Origin: an uncultured Thermoplasmatales archaeon
Lineage (GTDB): Archaea; Thermoplasmatota; E2; DHVEG-1
DNA length: 64,000 nucleotides
NCBI GenBank assembly: GCA_964648565.1
Contig: CAZYLG010000001.1
Location: 12,315-76,314 of the forward strand
Direction of reading: 5' to 3'
Shown here: one piece after another, positions 10,826-18,005 of the stretch
Layout of the letters: every line of letters starts with the position of its first letter
Position numbering within the stretch: position 1 is the stretch's first letter
Position numbers and translations under genes: made by a program
The notes under the pieces: generated by a model
What the model saw: only the letters and a program-made list of their open reading frames with translations
Databases searched by the model: none
What the model was told of the DNA's origin: nothing

Positions 10826-13102
10826 TTATAATTCTTCGAAATATAAAATTAACCCATGTGTTTTATTTTCTATTACTTCGATACCAGACCATTCATCTTG
10901 AGCTAATACTAAAATTTCATTATATTTTGCATTAATTTGAAATTCTACGTTATCAGCTTCAATCGATGCCAATTCTGAATCAGTAATAACGTCTAGAGCA
11001 TTTTGCCGGTATGCATAATAATCTCTTCCTAGATATGTGATTTCAACTAATCGCACTCCAGGATATGACATCATATACGAACTCAATTCTGTTTTAGAAA
11101 TTGATTGCCCAAATGTTTGTTTATTAATGTTATACTGATTTCTTGTATAATTATAAATATTCTCTTTTACAGTGTTCTTCATATTCTTAAATGTATATAC
11201 TGTAGCTACAACATCATATACTCCATATCGAGCGTCTTTAATATGATTATCAACACACAACATTTTTTGATTCTTAATATATTCTAAATACATATTTTCT
11301 TCAGAAGTATTATTCGGATCCCATCCATCAGCATAGTATGTAATGACAGTTTCATCATTTGTAATATTCGAAGTAGATGTAAGAATAATTTTATTAAATT
11401 CCCAATTAATTGTATAATCACTACCTTTTGTATATTTAGTTTGCCCTGTTTTATCATATATTTCAATTGGAAAATTTGGGTATAAACTGTTTAATGAAGT
11501 GTCTAATGTAATCGCATAATCATCAACTGATGAATCATATGCGAATGTGTGAACAACATTTTGTTTATGTTCTTCCCATGTATCATCAAATACATATAAT
11601 ACCCGTAATATTGTTGGTTCTGTTTCAGATGCTGGTGATGGAATTGTACCACCATCAACTGATTGTATTCTTGAAAATGTAGATTCAGATTCATTAATTG
11701 TATAATCTGTATCTTGTATATATGAATCCATGGCTAACCAATCTGTACTTCCAGTATCATAATGAACAACATACATAGTATTACTTTTATTCATTCTATA
11801 TTTTTTTAAATAAATAGTTTGTTTAGATGGATATAATTCTATATCTTCATAATCAACAACATAATGCGGATTATATGTTTTTGATAATCTAAACAAATCA
11901 TTAAATTCTACCGGACTAGTTTCTTCATACCCTTCTCTTAACGGACAAATATAAATCCATGTATCAAGAGGCGGTAAAAAATAACCATATTCTTGAAATA
12001 TAGCTTCTGGCTCATTGTCTTTACTTACAATTGTAGCATGTAATATTGTTGGATTATTTTCTAATTTTATAATATAATCTTCATTTGTAACTGTTTTATT
12101 CGCAGTTCGAAGTTCAAGAGGTGAACGAAATTTTGCAGTTTCTAAATCTTCAGTATCAGATCCTCCTGCTGCTGATTTAGTATTAGTGAATACTAATGTA
12201 ATCCGCTCACCAGCGAGAGTATATGTTTTAGTACTGTTAATTGTATTTGCTGGAATATTCGTATTTGTACCACCACCAACTCTATATGTTACTTGTAATC
12301 GTTCTCCTTTTTTTGGAATTTCAACTAAATTTTCATGTCCATATACGATATCAACAGAATTATCATTATTAACTTCAACACGATATGGTATTGTTTTTAA
12401 TGATTCATCAACTTCATTCTGTTGGGCTTCAGGAGAAATAAATGAATCTACTTCAAGGTGTTCTTTTCCAGTAGTTAATGATGTTATTCGTATAGAACTA
12501 TCAATAATTGGATTCTGTGTAAGAGTAAACCGTTCATTATTAATACCATCTGACCATATATCATCTTCAGTGACTGTTACACCCTGATAAAACGGAACAC
12601 CACTAATATTATAAATTTTATTTGTTTCATCACCACTCTCCACATGATAAACAAAACTATAATTTGGTTTACCGTCATCTGCCATTTCTATACACTCAAA
12701 TGTTGTTATAATACCATTTTTATCAGGTACATCTAGAGTTTCTAATGGATTGAGATTAAAAGGCGGAGTCCATTTTGCTAATTTTAAATTAACACTAACT
12801 CTCGCAGCTGATGGTAGTGGTGGTTTATAATTGATTAGTTTTAATATATTAATTACACTTTCTCTTTTAGTAGCTGTGGAAATAAACATTTCTCTAGCAT
12901 ACCAATCAGTTTTTGCGGCTACTTTTTCTGCGATGTAAGCACTTAACTCCAACAACATCCTTCCAGCATTCGTTTCAAGAAAATCATTCCAATTTTCTAA
13001 ATATTCTGGGTGTTCGGTAATTGAATTTTCTACATCTGTTATAATTGTATTAAAATCTAGTTCTGTATAACTAAATTTAGGTAGCTTTACTAAATTATCC
13101 AT
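10826..13102 (-). CDS. baseplate wedge protein, T4 gp6 / Baseplate_J-like, 758 aa
   Basis: The N-terminal region (NWNDFLETNAGRMLLELSAYIAEK...FISTATKRESV...YKPPLPSAA) follows the pattern of the T4 gp6 N-terminus (W..EFLD..GSRLNVLCDLLAY...ESF..A..R.SV..GY.P.S..A). It lies in the same orientation as the gp25 homologue, separated from it only by the 533-aa endonuclease-like gene. Confidence 0.65.
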   Translation of the reverse strand: MDNLVKLPKFSYTELDFNTIITDVENSITEHPEYLENWNDFLETNAGRMLLELSAYIAEKVAAKTDWYAREMFISTATKRESVINILKLINYKPPLPSAARVSVNLKLAKWTPPFNLNPLETLDVPDKNGIITTFECIEMADDGKPNYSFVYHVESGDETNKIYNISGVPFYQGVTVTEDDIWSDGINNERFTLTQNPIIDSSIRITSLTTGKEHLEVDSFISPEAQQNEVDESLKTIPYRVEVNNDNSVDIVYGHENLVEIPKKGERLQVTYRVGGGTNTNIPANTINSTKTYTLAGERITLVFTNTKSAAGGSDTEDLETAKFRSPLELRTANKTVTNEDYIIKLENNPTILHATIVSKDNEPEAIFQEYGYFLPPLDTWIYICPLREGYEETSPVEFNDLFRLSKTYNPHYVVDYEDIELYPSKQTIYLKKYRMNKSNTMYVVHYDTGSTDWLAMDSYIQDTDYTINESESTFSRIQSVDGGTIPSPASETEPTILRVLYVFDDTWEEHKQNVVHTFAYDSSVDDYAITLDTSLNSLYPNFPIEIYDKTGQTKYTKGSDYTINWEFNKIILTSTSNITNDETVITYYADGWDPNNTSEENMYLEYIKNQKMLCVDNHIKDARYGVYDVVATVYTFKNMKNTVKENIYNYTRNQYNINKQTFGQSISKTELSSYMMSYPGVRLVEITYLGRDYYAYRQNALDVITDSELASIEADNVEFQINAKYNEILVLAQDEWSGIEVIENKTHGLILYFEEL

Positions 13103-14696
13103 TATTGTTTTCCTTTATAAATTTTATATTACCACAATCATATATTCTATACCATCCAACTTCATCCATCATTTGTTTCTCAGTTTTTTCATCAGAATAA
13201 TTATCAAAATTTTTAAGTCTTTGTTTTCTAAAATTATATCTATGGTAAAGTTTCTTTCCATTCCAATAAAAATAGTTTGGGGGTGTATGAGAATCCAATT
13301 CAAAACCCAACTGTTTGTATAAATTACCTTGACTCCACCTTCTATCAGCATAACTATAAATTTCGTTCCATTCCCAATTACGTTCAAAATGTTTAAGCAT
13401 TTTAGAAGCCAAACCTGGGGTATATGTATCTGCGGTAGTAGCAAATCTGCTCAATTCCCATACTTCATTTTTTTTCTTTTGGTTCATAAAAATTCTAGGC
13501 TTAGAGAAAGTCATAACGCCAATAAGTTTATTATCATAGAAAGCCCCTAATTTTATTCTACTTTTATCTTCTCCTTGTATGTGATATTTATTAAGAAAAC
13601 CATTTTTTATTTTTGAATCAATTTCTTTGACTATAGTTTGTCTTGCTCCAATTCTCTGAGAATTGAGACCTAAAATATTCTTTAATCTATTTTTTACAAT
13701 ATGAAACTTATCATTTATTTCATTTTCAAAAATATGAATAAGTTTTATACCTTTGTTATTACATTCCTCTGTTTTTTCTAAATGATAGTTTTTATCTTTA
13801 TATATATCAGAGTGCCAATAAAGACCATCTATTTCTATAGCTAAATTATGATCTGGAAGATAAATGTCTAATTCTTTAGGTGAAATTATTTTTCTATCAT
13901 TTTCTTTAAAAATAACACTATTTTCATTTAAAAATTCTTTAATTAATTTTTCTGTTTTAAACTTTTCACTTTTATTACAATTAGAACAAAATAATCTTTT
14001 ACCTCTTTCTAAATTTGAATAAAATACTTTCTTACATTTTTCACATTTCCATTTATATTCTTTTTTTATATTTAAATATTCATTTTCATCAAATAGAGGT
14101 ATAATATGTAAACCTAATAAATTATTGTAATAATTTGTTTTTTTAATCTTTACATTATTAGATACAACTTTTTTTTGATTCCATGGAGATTTCATTCCAT
14201 ATTTTTTTAAATTAGTTTCTTGTCTTTTAATAGTGGTTTCTTTTAATTTTGATATGTTATTTACTCCATATTTTTTAATCATACCACTTTCTCTTTTATT
14301 TTTATCTCTAAGAATATAATCAACTCCGTATTTTTTTAAATTTGTAGCTTTCGTTTTATTTTTTACATCTTTTCTTTGAGCAATATTTTCGACACCATAC
14401 TTTTGCAAATTTATTTTCTTCATTTTATCTTGAAATTCTGGATCACTTGTTTGACACCTAGCTGAGCAATATTTTCTATATCCTCTTGTAAAACCTACAA
14501 ATGAAACTTTTTTACCACAAACACATTTAGGTTTTTCTGTAATATTATTTAAAAAACAATACAAATTTTCACTTCTATTATTTGATATAAACAATTTATA
14601 ATTTTCTTCAAAAAAATCATTTGCCCTTCTAATAGTACCATTATTAGGACTATCAGTTAAAATATTTTTTAATTCAGCTTTAATTTCACTTATCAT
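13095..14696 (-). CDS. multi-domain endonuclease-like protein, 533 aa. Two zinc-ribbon motifs, an array of four (N/I)LKKYGV repeats, a Vsr/DUF559-like PD-(D/E)XK nuclease core (AIEIDGLYWHS) and a C-terminal domain of unknown function. Likely a free-standing homing endonuclease.
   Basis: Zinc ribbons CVCGKK..YCSARC and CEKCKK..FCSNCN. The KYG(V/M) motif repeats four times about 22 aa apart. IEIDG..H resembles the DUF559/Vsr endonuclease motif. The SD is weak. The gene is inserted between the gp25 and gp6 homologues. Confidence 0.55.
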   Translation of the reverse strand: MISEIKAELKNILTDSPNNGTIRRANDFFEENYKLFISNNRSENLYCFLNNITEKPKCVCGKKVSFVGFTRGYRKYCSARCQTSDPEFQDKMKKINLQKYGVENIAQRKDVKNKTKATNLKKYGVDYILRDKNKRESGMIKKYGVNNISKLKETTIKRQETNLKKYGMKSPWNQKKVVSNNVKIKKTNYYNNLLGLHIIPLFDENEYLNIKKEYKWKCEKCKKVFYSNLERGKRLFCSNCNKSEKFKTEKLIKEFLNENSVIFKENDRKIISPKELDIYLPDHNLAIEIDGLYWHSDIYKDKNYHLEKTEECNNKGIKLIHIFENEINDKFHIVKNRLKNILGLNSQRIGARQTIVKEIDSKIKNGFLNKYHIQGEDKSRIKLGAFYDNKLIGVMTFSKPRIFMNQKKKNEVWELSRFATTADTYTPGLASKMLKHFERNWEWNEIYSYADRRWSQGNLYKQLGFELDSHTPPNYFYWNGKKLYHRYNFRKQRLKNFDNYSDEKTEKQMMDEVGWYRIYDCGNIKFIKENNNG

Positions 14697-14702
14697 AATA
14701 TA

Positions 14703-15065
14703 CTATTCTTGTTTTAATACATTAAATTCTAAAAATCTTTCATCATCAGGTGTTTCTTCTTTTAATTTAAATCCTATAACAACTTTTACTTTATTTTCAT
14801 CAGCTAAATTTTCTATATTTAAATCTAATATATCGACTCTTGGTTCATATAATTCAATTTGTTCGACAATTCTATCTTTTAAGAATCCTACAGTTTCATC
14901 ATCTCCTGGCTCAAATAACATAGAATTAATACTAACTCCAAAATAAGGATTCTTCAATCGCTCATTTTCATTCGTATTAAATAAGCGGCTTATTGATTCA
15001 GAAATTAAATCATGATCTTCTTTTATAATAAAAAAATCATGTCCGTACATTGCTATACCGCGCAT
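14703..15065 (-). CDS. baseplate wedge subunit gp25-like (GPW/gp25 lysozyme-like family), 120 aa
   Basis: NPYFGVSINSMLFEPGDDETVGFLKDRIVEQIELYEPRVDILDLNI aligns with T4 gp25 SRPFDPEFGCDLSDQLFENMTPLTADTVERNIESAVRNYEPRIDKLAVNV. GGAGG lies 8 nt upstream of the ATG. Confidence 0.85.
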   Translation of the reverse strand: MRGIAMYGHDFFIIKEDHDLISESISRLFNTNENERLKNPYFGVSINSMLFEPGDDETVGFLKDRIVEQIELYEPRVDILDLNIENLADENKVKVVIGFKLKEETPDDERFLEFNVLKQE

Positions 15066-15078
15066 TACTAATCCTCCT

Positions 15079-15095
15079 GAATTTATAGTTATCTT
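15079..15095 (-). promoter_or_regulatory. promoter-like motif AAGATAACTATAAATTC (minus strand) directly upstream of the gp25 SD; contains a T4-late-like TATAAAT
   Basis: Reverse complement of the + strand gaatttatagttatctt. A variant of the + strand motif TAAGATAATATAAA[TC] found at 15276, 16947 and 49224. Confidence 0.45.
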
Positions 15096-15129
15096 TTCAT
15101 AAATTCGAATTTATTTACAATTTTTCTTA

Positions 15130-15218
15130 GTGTTCACCAGCTGAACTCAATTTTTGGCTGTTCGTGTGCTGAACCCCACTGTTCGCCAGCTGAACCCTGC
15201 TGTTCGTCTGGTGGAACC
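15130..15218. repeat. array of four GC-rich palindromic repeats (consensus CTGTTCG-N5-CTGAACC, i.e. GTTC-N7-GAAC around a central CAGCTG), phased 21 bp apart in a divergent intergenic region
   Basis: R1 15130..15146 gtgttcaccagctgaac. R2 15158..15175 ctgttcgtgtgctgaacc. R3 15179..15196 ctgttcgccagctgaacc. R4 15200..15218 ctgttcgtctggtggaacc, which has an N8 spacer. GTTC starts fall at 15132, 15160, 15181 and 15202. This is a conspicuous GC island in AT-rich DNA. Confidence 0.8.
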
Positions 15219-15275
15219 TATATAGATATAATATATAGATATATAATAAAAATATACTACTACAGGCGGTGGATG

Positions 15276-15290
15276 TAAGATAATATAAAC
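15276..15290 (+). promoter_or_regulatory. conserved motif TAAGATAATATAAAC, promoter-like and T4-late-like, 8 nt upstream of the SD of the YegP-like gene
   Basis: One of three exact copies of TAAGATAATATAAA in the window. Confidence 0.5.
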
Positions 15291-15308
15291 TATAGTATAG
15301 GAGGTAAT

Positions 15309-15650
15309 ATGGGTAAATTTGAATTATATAAAGATAAATCTGGTGAATGGAGATTTCGTCTTAAAGCTGGCAACGGTGAAATAATAGCGGATTCTGAATC
15401 ATATAAAACAGAAGTAAACTGTTTAAATGGTGTTGCTTCACTCAAGAAAAATGTTTCAGAAACTAGTGCGTTTGAACAATTTCAAGATAAAGCTGATAAA
15501 TGGAGATTTAATATAAAAGCTAAAAATGGTGAGATTATAGCTAAATCAGAGGCATATGAATCAAAAGCAATGTGTGAGCATGGTATTGAATCTGTTAAAG
15601 AAAATGCAGTAAATTCCAGAATAATTTCAGAAGGTAGATTAATAAGTTAG
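15309..15650 (+). CDS. YegP-like (DUF1508/UPF0339) tandem-domain protein, 113 aa
   Basis: Two ~50-aa repeats: KDKSGEWRFRLKAGNGEIIADSESYKTEVNCLNGVASLKKN and DKADKWRFNIKAKNGEIIAKSEAYESKAMCEHGIESVKEN. This is the diagnostic YegP architecture. AGGAGG lies 4 nt upstream of the ATG. Confidence 0.8.
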   Translation: MGKFELYKDKSGEWRFRLKAGNGEIIADSESYKTEVNCLNGVASLKKNVSETSAFEQFQDKADKWRFNIKAKNGEIIAKSEAYESKAMCEHGIESVKENAVNSRIISEGRLIS

Positions 15651-15659
15651 AGGTTATTT

Positions 15660-15956
15660 ATGAGAGGAGACTCCACTCGTTATGCTAAAAAAAATATAAA
15701 CAACAATACTAATATGGATGATAAACGTCGATTAAAAAAACCCAAAGTATCGACGATACAAAAAAAGTATTATACATCACCAAAAACTAATACTTCTCAT
15801 TCTTCATCTACGTACGATGACTTAGAAAAATATATTAATAAAGTTACTGAAAAGACTATGAAAGAATTACGAAAAGGTTGGAAGAAATCGTACTCAGAAA
15901 AGTTTCAAAATACATATCCACAACTTAGTAAAAAAAATATCAATCTTAAGATATGA
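15660..15956 (+). CDS. small basic protein, 98 aa, Lys/Arg-rich; possible nucleic-acid-binding protein
   Basis: ORF with an AGAGG-like SD. Composition only, no motif. Confidence 0.4.
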   Translation: MRGDSTRYAKKNINNNTNMDDKRRLKKPKVSTIQKKYYTSPKTNTSHSSSTYDDLEKYINKVTEKTMKELRKGWKKSYSEKFQNTYPQLSKKNINLKI

Positions 15957-15959
15957 AAT

Positions 15960-16550
15960 ATGGAAACAAATACCCATTATGCGTTAAAATTTAAAGCTCT
16001 TCAATGGCTCTATCAAGCTTGTTCTTGTAGATATATAGCATTAGAACTTCAATTTGGTAAGTATATTTTTGATGTAATTGGTTCTGACGGAAAAAATGTC
16101 TATATTATAGAAGCCAAACAATCCAAATCTGATTTTCTAAAAGACTGCAATGACCCAGATGTAATAAAAGCTAATATCGTTTCATATAAAAATCTGTTGA
16201 TAGAAACAGGAGATAAAGAATATAAAAAATTTATAGAACATGAAAGAAGTAAAAGTACTAAATTTTATGATAAAGGATTTTTAAAATTTAGTAATGAACG
16301 ATACATTATAGCACCAGATTCAGTTATTTCTGAAGATATTATCCCAGATAATTGGGGATTATTGAATGAAGAACCAAGAAAAATAAAAAAAAGTGAAATA
16401 ACACAAATTGATGTAAAATATACTAATAAAATAATTAAAGAGATAGCGAAAAAAAATACTAAAATGTATATGAAACATATAGGAGTAGATTTCGATACTA
16501 AATATCCAGTGTTTCCGTCTTGGGAGCATTATATAAAGGAGGATAGATGA
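15960..16550 (+). CDS. PD-(D/E)XK-fold nuclease-like protein, 196 aa
   Basis: FDVIGSDGKNVYIIEAKQSK gives a D..(E)xK catalytic-core pattern typical of restriction-endonuclease-like or resolvase folds. Confidence 0.45.
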   Translation: METNTHYALKFKALQWLYQACSCRYIALELQFGKYIFDVIGSDGKNVYIIEAKQSKSDFLKDCNDPDVIKANIVSYKNLLIETGDKEYKKFIEHERSKSTKFYDKGFLKFSNERYIIAPDSVISEDIIPDNWGLLNEEPRKIKKSEITQIDVKYTNKIIKEIAKKNTKMYMKHIGVDFDTKYPVFPSWEHYIKEDR

Positions 16551-16906
16551 TACGTTATATATGGCAAATCCCACAACATTTACTTGCTTTGCTTATAATA
16601 AAGATAAGCAAGGCCAATTTTAAAAAACAGTATAATCATACAAAAGTATATGTCACTGATAGAAGATTTGGTATTTCTTTAGGTAATTATATTATAGTTT
16701 ACAGGTATTCAGATAAACAATTGATGAAGCATGAATATGGACATTCTATTCAATCACTTTATTTTGGACCATTATATTTAATTATTATAGGATTACCTTC
16801 TATTATTATGAATATTTTAACACGATTAAGAATTTTAAAATTGTACAACTATTATAAAAGATGGCCAGAAAATTGGGCTGATACATTAGGTAATGTAGAT
16901 CGTTAA
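16547..16906 (+). CDS. small membrane protein with an HExxH motif (HEYGH), 119 aa; possible membrane zinc metallopeptidase-like protein
   Basis: Its ATG overlaps the upstream stop. There are two hydrophobic helices after the HEYGHSIQS motif. Confidence 0.4.
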   Translation: MIRYIWQIPQHLLALLIIKISKANFKKQYNHTKVYVTDRRFGISLGNYIIVYRYSDKQLMKHEYGHSIQSLYFGPLYLIIIGLPSIIMNILTRLRILKLYNYYKRWPENWADTLGNVDR

Positions 16907-16946
16907 AAATAAAAATTAAATTTTATAAAGAAAAATAATCTCTTAT

Positions 16947-16961
16947 TTAAGATAATATAAA
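16947..16961 (+). promoter_or_regulatory. conserved motif TAAGATAATATAAAT (contains TATAAAT), 5 nt upstream of an AAGAGG SD
   Basis: Second exact copy of the 14-mer. Confidence 0.5.
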
Positions 16962-16981
16962 TTAAGTAAGAGGTATTTTTT

Positions 16982-17410
16982 TTGAAATTTAACGAAACAC
17001 TCTCAGAATCGTTTAAAAAATATAACCTACGCTACAAAGGCACACAACCAGATTATAAAATACATGATAAAAATCCTTTTGTGCTTGCTATAGATGATAA
17101 ATACAATCCAGATGACCAAGGTAAATCAATTCTTGGTATTAATCTTAATTATTATACTGGTAATAAAAATAAATTGATTAAAAAGATAAATAAAAATGAT
17201 AATGAAGCTGGATTTAGAGGATTTGAAGGTAAATTAAAGGTTCGTAAATTTATTAATAAAGACATCGAAGAATATGAGGAAACACAGAGAAAAAAACGAT
17301 ACGATAATTTTATTAAAACTTTTCCTCATTTAGAAAAATATATACGACGATATAAATATGATGGTCCTAAAGGAACTGGTATTAAATCTAAGAAAAGAAA
17401 GATATTATGA
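16982..17410 (+). CDS. hypothetical protein, 142 aa, probable TTG start
   Basis: The first in-frame start codon after AAGAGG (16967..16972) is TTG at 16982. The product is lysine-rich. Confidence 0.45.
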   Translation: MKFNETLSESFKKYNLRYKGTQPDYKIHDKNPFVLAIDDKYNPDDQGKSILGINLNYYTGNKNKLIKKINKNDNEAGFRGFEGKLKVRKFINKDIEEYEETQRKKRYDNFIKTFPHLEKYIRRYKYDGPKGTGIKSKKRKIL

Positions 17411-17685
17411 TTAAATTAAGTAAAATAACATTTCCTACATATGTATACAGGTTCTATAAAAATAAACCAGGTGAAATATATAGAATATATAAAGGAAATG
17501 TGAATAATGGAATTCAATATAATATAAAAATTTTTACAAGTTATTGGTCTGATTCGGCACGATTTAAAAAAAATGAAGGGACAATAAAGTACAATACATT
17601 TTCACATTTTAATCATATTAATAAGATATCCATGCGTTATAAACAAAACTTAATTAGAGGTATACTTGAAAATGAGGTTTCATGA
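17407..17685 (+). CDS. hypothetical protein, 92 aa
   Basis: ATGA overlap with the upstream gene. Confidence 0.45.
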   Translation: MIKLSKITFPTYVYRFYKNKPGEIYRIYKGNVNNGIQYNIKIFTSYWSDSARFKKNEGTIKYNTFSHFNHINKISMRYKQNLIRGILENEVS

Positions 17686-18004
17686 TTTAGTAGAAGTACA
17701 ACAAAGTACAGTTCAAATATTAAACAAAATAGAAGATTATTTCAGTAAAGAAGGTCAGTTTAGGGAAATATATCCTGAGATATGGAAAAAGATTCATCAT
17801 GTGCGAAGAGAAAACTACATCTATAATAGAGGTAATAAACAATTATATGCTGTATTAGTCGTTCTACAAGATGATTTATATAATAAAGATGAGGAGAAAG
17901 TTGAGGAAACAATAAAAGATTTAGAAATTATTAAAGATAATAATGCAAGAGTAGAAAGAAATAATTTATTAATAAAAATATTAGTACCGGAGGAAACAGA
18001 GTAA
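17666..18004 (+). CDS. hypothetical protein, 112 aa; start is either TTG at 17666 or ATG at 17672
   Basis: AGAGG at 17655..17659. The gene ends 2 nt before the giant ORF. Confidence 0.45.
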   Translation: MKMRFHDLVEVQQSTVQILNKIEDYFSKEGQFREIYPEIWKKIHHVRRENYIYNRGNKQLYAVLVVLQDDLYNKDEEKVEETIKDLEIIKDNNARVERNNLLIKILVPEETE

Positions 18005-18005
18005 T

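Noticed and set aside
15130-15218. GC-rich island with GTTCG-like strings looked like a possible tRNA or small RNA gene
   Set aside because: It has no acceptor stem, anticodon arm or GTTCRANYC T-loop geometry. It resolves into four phased palindromic repeats, so it is better read as protein-binding sites.
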